From a virus (lineage: Duplodnaviria; Caudoviricetes): 34,038 nt of DNA. A model generated the notes under the pieces. The model worked only from the letters and a program-made list of their open reading frames with translations, was not told the DNA's origin and did not search any database. Location of the stretch: the IMG/VR virus record IMGVR_UViG_3300032312_000083, positions 1 through 34,038 of that record. One strand, given 5' to 3'. Position 1 is the first letter of the stretch. Each line of letters begins with the position of its first letter. This document shows positions 26,858 through 34,038 of this stretch, one piece after another. A program made the position numbers and the translations under genes.

Positions 26858-27979
26858 ATGCAACATAGTAAGATAGTCGGCGGCTCGACCGCCAAGCGCG
26901 TCATAGCCTGCCCCGGCAGCGTGGCGCTGGTGGATACCATGCCGCCAAAGCCCAGCAGCAGCTACGCCGACGAAGGCACGCTCCTGCACGACAGCATTGC
27001 AACTATACTAGAACGCGACGTTGACCCATACCGCTTGGTTGGTCTGCGTTACGAAGATGTAGAGTTGACCGAAGCGTTAATTGAGGACAAGCTGATACCG
27101 GCGCTGCGCGCGCTGGACGAAATAGACCCGCAGGGGGAGATGGAATATGCTGTTGAAAGCCGGGTTGGTTTTGGTGATTTTCTGCCTGACGTTTTTGGTT
27201 CTACCGATCTTCTTGGTCGCCTTGGTGATCGAGCGATTGTTTTGGATTGGAAGTTTGGTGACGGGGTGGCTGTTGAAGCCATCGAAAACGCCCAATTACT
27301 CTTCTACGCTGCGGCTGCTAAACGCACGGCGGAAACGGCGTGGGCTTTCGACGGAGCCAAAGAAGTAGAACTAATCATTGTCCAGCCGCCGTTTGTTAAG
27401 CGGTGGGTGACAACGCTAGACCGCGTCGATGCGTTTGAGAAAGAACTTGCCGCTGCCATCAAGATTGCTATGCGCCCTGACGCGCCGCTGGCATCCGGCG
27501 ACCATTGCAAGTGGTGCGCGGCCAAGCCTGTCTGCCCTGTCATGACCGGCGCTGTAGACCGTGCGCTGAAAGTCAAGGTCGATGCGCTGCCAATGGATCA
27601 GATAGCACACTATCTGGAACAGGCGCCGTTGGTCGAGGCGTTCATCAAAGACTTGCAGCAGTTGGCGCATGGGCTTCTGGAAGACGGACATAAAGTCCCC
27701 GGATGGAAGCTGGTCAACAAACGTGCAACACGGCAGTGGACAAACGAGGATAAAGCTGTAGCTTTCATGTCCGCTGCTGGTGTAGAAGCATGGGCTGACC
27801 CTAAGCCCTTGTCGCCTGCACAAGCAGAAAAGGCTTTGAAGAAAGCCAAGATAGAATTGCCAGCGGACTTAGTTGTCGCTGTCTCCAGTGGCTCTACCCT
27901 TGCGCCGGAAAGTGATTCCCGGCCAGCGGTTTTGCAAATCGGACAGATGCTTACCAAAGCTATGTCTAAAATACAGTAA
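26858..27979 (+). CDS. Cas4-like PD-(D/E)xK exonuclease (DUF2800-like)
   Basis: CPGS, EGTLLH, FGSTD, LDWKFG, QL..YA, HCKWCAAKPVC; SD GAGG before ATG 26858. Confidence 0.88.
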   Translation: MQHSKIVGGSTAKRVIACPGSVALVDTMPPKPSSSYADEGTLLHDSIATILERDVDPYRLVGLRYEDVELTEALIEDKLIPALRALDEIDPQGEMEYAVESRVGFGDFLPDVFGSTDLLGRLGDRAIVLDWKFGDGVAVEAIENAQLLFYAAAAKRTAETAWAFDGAKEVELIIVQPPFVKRWVTTLDRVDAFEKELAAAIKIAMRPDAPLASGDHCKWCAAKPVCPVMTGAVDRALKVKVDALPMDQIAHYLEQAPLVEAFIKDLQQLAHGLLEDGHKVPGWKLVNKRATRQWTNEDKAVAFMSAAGVEAWADPKPLSPAQAEKALKKAKIELPADLVVAVSSGSTLAPESDSRPAVLQIGQMLTKAMSKIQ

Positions 27980-27997
27980 CAGAAAAGGTACAATACA

Positions 27998-28660
27998 ATG
28001 TCAAATATCACTACTTTTGGCGGCGCTAACTTGCCGTCAGTTCAATCGCTCACTGGTGCTTTGCGTTCCATTCAGTCTGAAATCGCTCCCGGCGGCACAG
28101 TCATTCTGAAGATGGACAAGACAGGCCATTGGGTTTTCGGTGCAGACCAGACCGAAGTCGAGGAAGGCAGCCTGTGGGCCGCTAACCCGTTCTCGTTCGT
28201 CCACGGCTACATTGCGTGGGGCAACGGCGAAGTGCTGGCAGAAAAGCTGGTGCCGGTGTCAGAACCGCTGCCAGAGTTGGACCCAGCGCCAGCAGGCGCG
28301 CAGCGCGGCTGGGAAATGCAAGTCGGCATGATGCTGGTTTGCACTAACGGCGAAGACAAGGATATGCAGGCACGCTTCACGGCGACGTCAGTCGGCGGTA
28401 AGCGCGCTGTGCAGGCGTTGGCAGTTGCCATCGCGGACCAAGTGGAAAAGGATCAGGCCAAGCCTGTGCCATTGCTTGAACTAAAGACCGAGCATTACCA
28501 GCACAAGACCTATGGTCGTATCTTTACGCCAATATTTGATATTACTGACTGGGTGTCAATGGACACCGATTCGGTCAAGCCATCAGATGACGCAGAATTG
28601 GAAGTCGCTGCTGAACCTGAAGCCGCTGAAGGTGCGCGTCGTCGTCGTCGCGTAGTTTAA
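27998..28660 (+). CDS. Putative ssDNA-binding protein
   Basis: Lies between the exonuclease and the polymerase; aromatic beta-rich core, acidic tail ending RRRRR. Confidence 0.6.
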   Translation: MSNITTFGGANLPSVQSLTGALRSIQSEIAPGGTVILKMDKTGHWVFGADQTEVEEGSLWAANPFSFVHGYIAWGNGEVLAEKLVPVSEPLPELDPAPAGAQRGWEMQVGMMLVCTNGEDKDMQARFTATSVGGKRAVQALAVAIADQVEKDQAKPVPLLELKTEHYQHKTYGRIFTPIFDITDWVSMDTDSVKPSDDAELEVAAEPEAAEGARRRRRVV

Positions 28661-28665
28661 GTGGT

Positions 28666-28706
28666 GCGAAAGCCGGGGCGACATCCACCCCGCCCCGGCA
28701 AGTAGC
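28666..28706 (+). promoter_or_regulatory. Structured RNA element upstream of the polymerase gene (9-bp stem on a loop-E/bulged-G-like motif)
   Basis: GC-GAAA-GCCGGGGCG-(10 nt)-CGCCCCGGC-AAGTA-GC; no U-tract. Confidence 0.6.
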
Positions 28707-28724
28707 GGAAGAGTGAGAACTTCT

Positions 28725-30680
28725 ATGTCTAAATTATGGATTGACTTTGAAACGCGCAGCCGGTGCGACTTACGCAGCCGCGGCGTTTACAATTACGCGC
28801 AGGACGCCAGCACCGACGTGTTGTGTATGTCATACGCATTTGATGACGAAAATGTGCGGACGTGGCTACCCGGTGAGCCTTTCCCGCAGGACGTCCGCGA
28901 CCACACAGGGCTAGTCTACGCGCACAACGCAGCGTTCGAGCGCCTGATATTCTGGTATGTCCTTCAGGTAAACTTTAAGCTGGAGCAGTTTTATTGCACC
29001 GCAGCACAAGCCCGCGCCAACTGCGCGCCGGGCAGCCTTGAGGATGTGGGCCGCTTCGCTGGCGCGACCATGAAGAAAGACCACCGCGGCGGACAACTGA
29101 TCCGCGCGCTGTCCATCCCGCAATCAGACGGCACGTTTCGCCAAGACGCGAAGCTGATGCAGGAGATGGTTGACTATTGCGAACAGGATGTGCGGGCCAT
29201 GCGGGCCATCACGCTGGCGCAGCGTCCGCTGTCGGCTGAAGAATTGGCTGACTATCATGTCAACGAGCGCATCAACGACCGCGGCGTGTTGCTTGACCGG
29301 CCATTGGCGCTGGCAGCGGTGCGCTACGCCGAAGCTGAATTGGCAGAGATACAGACCATTGTCGCAGAAGTGACGCACGGCGAGATTAAGTCCGTCCGCA
29401 GCCCAAAGATGAAGGATTGGGTATTGGCTAGGGTAGGGCCGCAAGCCCTTGAACTAGCTACGGTTTACAAAGACGGGGTAGCTAGGCTATCCATTGACAA
29501 GAACGTGCGCGCTAATCTGCTCACGTTAGCGGGGGAGAATGCAGATGAAGTGCCGTCGGAAGTTGCGGAAGTCATCCAGTGCGCGGACGATCTGTGGGCA
29601 TCGTCCGTCGCTAAGTTCCAACGCGCCGCAGCTCTTGCTGACGCGGAAGATTATAAGGTTAGAGGAGCATTTGTGTTTGCTGGAGGGAGTGCTACTGGCC
29701 GTGCTTCGTCATATGGACTACAAGTTCACAATTTCCCAAGAAAGTGTGCCGGAAACCCGGCATTAGTTAGGCAGGCTATGGTCCGCGGACACAGGATTGT
29801 CCCCGACCATGGCGCCCGCGTGACTGACGTGCTGAAAGGTATGCTGCGCCCTGCGCTGATGGCCGGCAAAGGCAAGCGCCTTGTCGTTGCTGACTGGGCC
29901 GCAATCGAAGCGCGCGTCACGCCGTGGGCATCTAACAGCACCTTTGGCGGACGCAAGCTGGACATCTTTGCCAAAGGCGAAGACGTTTACAAGCATAACG
30001 CTATGGCGACCTTCCATGTCGGCTATGATGACGTTGACAAAGACCAGCGCCAGATTGGCAAGGTGCAAGAGTTAGCCTGCGGCTTTGCAGGCGGCGTCGG
30101 CGCGTTCGCCAGCATGGGCCGCATCTACGGCTTGGTCATGTCAGAGAGCGACGCCAAGCGCATGGTTGACGCATGGCGCAGGGCTAACCAGTGGGCCGTG
30201 CCTTACTGGTCTGGCCTTGAAGAAACTTATATGCGCGCTATGCGGAACAAAGGACGTGAGTTCACTGTTGGCCGCGTTACATATTTATTTGATGGACTGC
30301 ATCTTTGGTATGCCCTTCCGTCTGGCCGTGTGTTATGTTACCCTTTCGCCCGTTTCAACGAGAAAGGCGACCTGACCTACGCGAAGGCTTCTTGGAAGCC
30401 AGCCGCCGACGCGAAGGAGTGGCCGAGGGCGCGGCTGTGGCGTGGTCTGGCGTGTGAGAACATCACGCAGGCTATCGCTAACGACTTGCTGCGCCACGCC
30501 TTGCGACAGTTGGACGATGTAGTCTTACACATCCACGATGAAATAGTCTTGGAAGTGCCGGAAGCAGATGCAGAGGCCGCAGCAGCGCGGCTGGTGCAGA
30601 TTATGTGTGAGCCGCCATCATGGGCAACAGGGCTACCCCTGAACGCTGAAGTGGCAGTTATGGAACGTTATGGAAAATAA
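28725..30680 (+). CDS. polA: Family A DNA polymerase with 3'-5' exonuclease
   Basis: Exo DFET and HNAAFE; motif A DWAAIEAR, motif B RQIGKVQELACGF, motif C HIHDE. Confidence 0.95.
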   Translation: MSKLWIDFETRSRCDLRSRGVYNYAQDASTDVLCMSYAFDDENVRTWLPGEPFPQDVRDHTGLVYAHNAAFERLIFWYVLQVNFKLEQFYCTAAQARANCAPGSLEDVGRFAGATMKKDHRGGQLIRALSIPQSDGTFRQDAKLMQEMVDYCEQDVRAMRAITLAQRPLSAEELADYHVNERINDRGVLLDRPLALAAVRYAEAELAEIQTIVAEVTHGEIKSVRSPKMKDWVLARVGPQALELATVYKDGVARLSIDKNVRANLLTLAGENADEVPSEVAEVIQCADDLWASSVAKFQRAAALADAEDYKVRGAFVFAGGSATGRASSYGLQVHNFPRKCAGNPALVRQAMVRGHRIVPDHGARVTDVLKGMLRPALMAGKGKRLVVADWAAIEARVTPWASNSTFGGRKLDIFAKGEDVYKHNAMATFHVGYDDVDKDQRQIGKVQELACGFAGGVGAFASMGRIYGLVMSESDAKRMVDAWRRANQWAVPYWSGLEETYMRAMRNKGREFTVGRVTYLFDGLHLWYALPSGRVLCYPFARFNEKGDLTYAKASWKPAADAKEWPRARLWRGLACENITQAIANDLLRHALRQLDDVVLHIHDEIVLEVPEADAEAAAARLVQIMCEPPSWATGLPLNAEVAVMERYGK

Positions 30681-30690
30681 GGAGCAAGCG

Positions 30691-33036
30691 ATGAGTGAGA
30701 GTCGCACGAAGTTCATAGACTATATAGTCGGGTTGGCCGCTGATACAGTGGGCGAAACGGCTTTGTTAGTGCGTCAGAAGCCCGTGCATGGCGATGACGG
30801 CAAACCAATCTATCACGCAGACGGCGCGCCAAAGGCGACGTTCCCTGCGTTCCTGCCTGAAAAGGCCCGCATCAAGGACGGCGAGGCATGGTATGTCAAC
30901 ACTGGCTCGTTCGTTGTTGACCGCTTTGTAGATGGCAAGCCCGCTGCCAAGTCCAGCAACGTCGAATATGTCCTGTTCATGATGCTAGATGATATCGGCA
31001 CTAAGTCCAAGACGCCGCCGCTTGCGCCGACATGGATACTGGAAACCAGCGAAGGTTCGTTCCAATGGGGCTATGCGTTCAACGAGCAGCCAAAGAAGGG
31101 CGACTTCTGCGCTGCCGTCAAAGCTATCGCAGCCGCTGGCTACACCGACCCCGGCGCGACCAACGCTGTCCGCAACTGTCGCATTCCCGGCAGTGTCAAC
31201 CTAAAAAGCGGGCGCGGTAATTTCCCTGCGCGGCTGGTCGAGTTCCACCCAGAACGTGAATACACAATAGAACAAATCTGCGAAGCGTTAGGCGTCACAC
31301 CCGAAGAAGGCGACACAGCCGACTTTAGGACTGTGCAACTGCGCGACACTGGGCATGACAACGTCCTGACATGGTTAAGCGAAAACAACCTAGTCCTTAG
31401 CGCACCTAACAACGACGGCTGGTGCGGCATCGTCTGCCCTAACCACGCCCACCACAGCGATGGCATGATCGAGGCGCGTTACAAGCCGCTCGACCGTTCG
31501 TTCTGCTGCTATCATGGACACTGCCAAGACCTTGACAGCCGCACGTTCCTTGATTGGGTTGCCGCTAACGGTGGGCCACAGGCAACGCCGGGCTTGCGGG
31601 ATGAACTAATCGCAGAGCGCATGGCGTCGATGATGGATAAGATTTCCCCTACGGAAGCTTTTCCTGACGAAGCCGCAGCGCGTGTGCGTGAGGTCGAAAA
31701 GAAAGAAGCAGGACGGCTGGAACAAAGCGAGTGGTTCGAGCGTTTCGCTTACATACAGTCTGATGACTGCTATTTCGACATGGTCACACGTCAAGAGATA
31801 GCCCGTAACGTCTTTAACGCCTTGTTTCGTCACGTTGACTGTCGCTCCATCCACAAGAAGACACAGCGCATCCAAGCGTCCGTCTACTACGACGAGCGTC
31901 GGCAGGACCGTGGCGCACCTGCGCTGGCAGCCGTGACGTTTGCCGCCGGTGATGACGTGCTGGTAACGCGCGACGGCTTGGTCTATGGTAACAGGTGGAC
32001 AAACGCCCGCCCTGACGTGTCAGAAAGCGACAAGATTGCCGACCATGACGTCGAGCCTTGGCTTGAGCATTGCCGCAATCTAATTAAAGATGACAGGGAC
32101 TTGGACCACATCCTAAACGCTATGGCGTTCAAGATACAGAACCCACGCGTCAAGATTAACCACGCCATCCTGATTGGCGGCGACGAAGGCGCGGGCAAGG
32201 ATACCATCTTTCAGCCGTTCCTGTGGGCGCTGGGCGGCGGCAACTGGCGCAACAGGTCAGTCATCGAAGCTGGCGGGCTGGACAGTCAGTGGGGCTACGC
32301 GCTGGAAGCTGAAGTTGTCATCTTGAACGAGTTAAAGGAGCCAGAGGCGCGTGAACGTCGGGCCATGGCTAACAAGCTGAAACCCATGATTGCTGCACCG
32401 CCTGAAACGCTGTCGGTCAACCGCAAGGGTATGCACCCTTACGAGTTGGTCAACCGCCTCATGGTGCTTGCCTACACGAACGACTCGCTGCCCATCACGC
32501 TGCCCACACAAGACCGTCGTTGGTTCTGTGTGTGGACACACGCGCCGCGCATGACAACGCCAGCAGCCGACGCGCTGTGGGGCTGGTATGAGACAGGCGG
32601 TTATGAAAAGTGTGCCGCATGGCTGCATCAGCGCGACGTGTCATCGTTCAATCCATCTGCGCCGCCGCCAGTGACCGAATGGAAGCTGAACATGGTCGAG
32701 CATGGCATGAGCGTAGCAGAAAGCTATCTGGTCGAGTTGATGCGGAACAAGGCGGCGGTGTTTGCCAATGGCGTCATTGGTGGTCCGTTCCACCGTATTT
32801 GCGACGCGCTGGCTATCAACGTGCCTGCGGGCGTAAAGATACCACCCGCTGCGTTACTTCATGCGCTGAAAGAGGCAGGCTGGGTTGACATAGGTCGCGT
32901 CCATTCTGTCGAACACCCGACAAAGAAACACATTTTTGCCGCGCCGGACGTCATTAAAAAGAACAGCAAGTCAGAATTGCGCCGCATGGCAGAAGAACTG
33001 CCGAAGATAAATATACCCGGTGTAAGCAAGAATTGA
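30691..33036 (+). CDS. Primase-helicase (RepB-like AEP primase, Zn finger, SF3 helicase)
   Basis: MLDD, ETSEGSFQWGY, RIPG; CPNHAHH...CYHGHC; Walker A GDEGAGKD, ILNE, DRRW; SD AAGGAG before ATG 30691. Confidence 0.9.
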   Translation: MSESRTKFIDYIVGLAADTVGETALLVRQKPVHGDDGKPIYHADGAPKATFPAFLPEKARIKDGEAWYVNTGSFVVDRFVDGKPAAKSSNVEYVLFMMLDDIGTKSKTPPLAPTWILETSEGSFQWGYAFNEQPKKGDFCAAVKAIAAAGYTDPGATNAVRNCRIPGSVNLKSGRGNFPARLVEFHPEREYTIEQICEALGVTPEEGDTADFRTVQLRDTGHDNVLTWLSENNLVLSAPNNDGWCGIVCPNHAHHSDGMIEARYKPLDRSFCCYHGHCQDLDSRTFLDWVAANGGPQATPGLRDELIAERMASMMDKISPTEAFPDEAAARVREVEKKEAGRLEQSEWFERFAYIQSDDCYFDMVTRQEIARNVFNALFRHVDCRSIHKKTQRIQASVYYDERRQDRGAPALAAVTFAAGDDVLVTRDGLVYGNRWTNARPDVSESDKIADHDVEPWLEHCRNLIKDDRDLDHILNAMAFKIQNPRVKINHAILIGGDEGAGKDTIFQPFLWALGGGNWRNRSVIEAGGLDSQWGYALEAEVVILNELKEPEARERRAMANKLKPMIAAPPETLSVNRKGMHPYELVNRLMVLAYTNDSLPITLPTQDRRWFCVWTHAPRMTTPAADALWGWYETGGYEKCAAWLHQRDVSSFNPSAPPPVTEWKLNMVEHGMSVAESYLVELMRNKAAVFANGVIGGPFHRICDALAINVPAGVKIPPAALLHALKEAGWVDIGRVHSVEHPTKKHIFAAPDVIKKNSKSELRRMAEELPKINIPGVSKN

Positions 33037-33062
33037 CAACTGATATCACGCGATGATATACT
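33033..33062 (+). promoter_or_regulatory. Near-consensus sigma70 promoter driving a small RNA
   Basis: TTGACA(33033-33038)-18-TATACT(33057-33062) with extended -10 TG; no ORF downstream on this strand. Confidence 0.8.
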
Positions 33063-33066
33063 GCTT

Positions 33067-33133
33067 GGGTTAGTAATGCTCTACTGACCCTTTTGGAAAG
33101 CCCCCGGTGTCTCACTCCACCGGGGGCTTTTTG
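33067..33133 (+). ncRNA. Putative ~66-nt two-hairpin antisense small RNA
   Basis: Promoter; hairpin 1 GGGTTAGTA-ATGCTC-TACTGACCC; hairpin 2 AAAGCCCCCGGTG-TCTCACTC-CACCGGGGGCTTT plus U-tract; loops complementary to several translation-initiation regions. Confidence 0.75.
33097..33133 (+). terminator. Rho-independent terminator (possibly bidirectional)
   Basis: 13-bp perfect stem followed by TTTTTGTTGTTT, between convergent genes. Confidence 0.85.
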
Positions 33134-33137
33134 TTGT

Positions 33138-33431
33138 TTACGCTGCTAGTTTGCGTTTGCCGGGTAACACTACCAAGCGGGTGTTGACTTTGGTTATGGG
33201 GTGTTCGTCTTGCTTATCCCCGTGCATACCTTCGTCATCCCAATGGACATCATCGTTGCCAGTAACATCCCAGACGTTGACATAAATCTCAGCGCCCTTC
33301 ATGTTAAAAATCTGACCCCAATCGTTCTTTACTTGCCTTACGACACTGGCGATGGCTTTTTCTGGATCAGGGTTTCTGGCCCAGCTTGATCCGCCGCCGA
33401 GTAAAACGATAGCTATGTAGTCGTGTGTCAT
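33138..33431 (-). CDS. Hypothetical early protein, 97 aa
   Basis: SD AAAGGA; own consensus promoter; no recognisable domain. Confidence 0.8.
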   Translation of the reverse strand: MTHDYIAIVLLGGGSSWARNPDPEKAIASVVRQVKNDWGQIFNMKGAEIYVNVWDVTGNDDVHWDDEGMHGDKQDEHPITKVNTRLVVLPGKRKLAA

Positions 33432-33452
33432 GCTCTACTTTCCTTTTATCAA

Positions 33453-33521
33453 TGTCAAAGAACCATCAAGGCGGTTTCCCGTCTTGATGGCTCATTATAG
33501 CATAGTTTGAGGGTATGTCAA
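33453..33521 (-). promoter_or_regulatory. Strong sigma70 promoter with a boxB/boxA-like leader
   Basis: TTGACA(33521-33516)-16-TATAAT(33499-33494) with TGn; GAAA-capped hairpin 33490-33463; GGTTCTTTGACA at 33464-33453. Confidence 0.75.
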
Positions 33522-33590
33522 TAACTTTCTTTCTTTTGTTTTCAAGGACTTATGAGAAAGTTATTTTTATTGTCTTTTGTTTTCAGGTAG

Positions 33591-33791
33591 TTATTCGTCC
33601 TTCAATGCCTTTTCGGCGTCTTCGATCAATTCGATGGGCGGGTAGCGTAGATAGGACACATGGTCTTTGCCTATCACGCCCAGAAATTCCAGATATTCCA
33701 TCAGGCGGTAGGCTAAGGTTTCGCCTGCGCGTTCGATGTATCGTTCGGGCAGTGCCAATTCGTCGTCCTCATCATCGTCATAGTAAGTCAT
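33591..33791 (-). CDS. Hypothetical acidic protein
   Basis: MTYYDDDEDDEL...; ATGA coupling with the upstream gene at 33788-33791. Confidence 0.7.
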   Translation of the reverse strand: MTYYDDDEDDELALPERYIERAGETLAYRLMEYLEFLGVIGKDHVSYLRYPPIELIEDAEKALKDE

Positions 33792-33970
33792 TCTGGTTTC
33801 CAATCTTTAGGGTAGGGGACAGACTTATAACTAGTCTTGTAAAGTCTGCCGTTTTCGTAATGTTCGGTTACTGTCGAGCCATCATCATTAAGGACGGCGG
33901 CAAGGTCGCCAAGCAGGTGCAATGGTCGCCCCGTCTTGGGGTCCATGCGATATTTGATTTTGTCGGTCAT
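33788..33970 (-). CDS. Hypothetical protein
   Basis: MTDKIKYRMDPKTGRP...; starts just after the upstream stop (GTG 33976 is an alternative start). Confidence 0.6.
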   Translation of the reverse strand: MTDKIKYRMDPKTGRPLHLLGDLAAVLNDDGSTVTEHYENGRLYKTSYKSVPYPKDWKPE

Positions 33971-33972
33971 GG

Positions 33973-34038
33973 TCACATCCATCTCGTTATGAAGGTTACG
34001 CCGCCCACAGTGCGGCACTTGAACGCCTTGCCGTTACG
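33973..34038 (-). CDS. 3' end of a small basic protein (partial; ...RNGKAFKCRTVGGVTFITRWM)
   Basis: Open frame from the window edge to TGA 33973, coupled to the next gene. Confidence 0.5.
   Translation of the reverse strand, partial: RNGKAFKCRTVGGVTFITRWM

Noticed and set aside
26858-27979. Cas4-like gene as evidence of a CRISPR-Cas system
   Set aside because: No array or other cas genes; this exonuclease type is a normal neighbour of SSB and PolA in phage replication modules.
28672-28699. Hairpin after the SSB gene as an intrinsic terminator
   Set aside because: No U-tract on the plus strand; reported instead as a structured element.
33453-33458. Second TTGACA on the minus strand as an extra promoter
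   Set aside because: No -10 at a suitable spacing; better explained as part of the boxA-like motif.

Overview
The window is most of a tailed-phage genome with podovirus-type (P22-like) virion genes, from a Gram-negative host (a two-component spanin is present). The plus strand from about 770 to 24,900 carries terS, terL, four tiny Lys-rich ORFs, portal, an inserted block of Gly-rich fibres plus a Dps/ferritin-like gene, scaffold, P22-type coat, head-tail and tail proteins, a sulfotransferase-like/GNAT fusion, three ejection proteins, a lysis cassette and an HTH-metallophosphoesterase. A divergent replication module follows: VRR-NUC and SNF2 helicase leftward; Cas4-like exonuclease, putative SSB, family A polymerase and primase-helicase rightward. 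Small leftward early genes close the window. I saw no integrase, repressor, tRNA or CRISPR array. The most striking unannotated element is a ~66-nt two-hairpin small RNA (33067-33133) with its own near-consensus sigma70 promoter. Its two loops are complementary to the translation-initiation regions of the exonuclease, polymerase and primase-helicase genes, and of a convergent early gene that has a strong promoter and a boxB/boxA-like leader. This is a candidate RNA-only switch controlling phage replication. An iteron-like array around an AT-rich core (33-392) is a candidate origin. Product names come from motif recognition and gene order, not from database searches.
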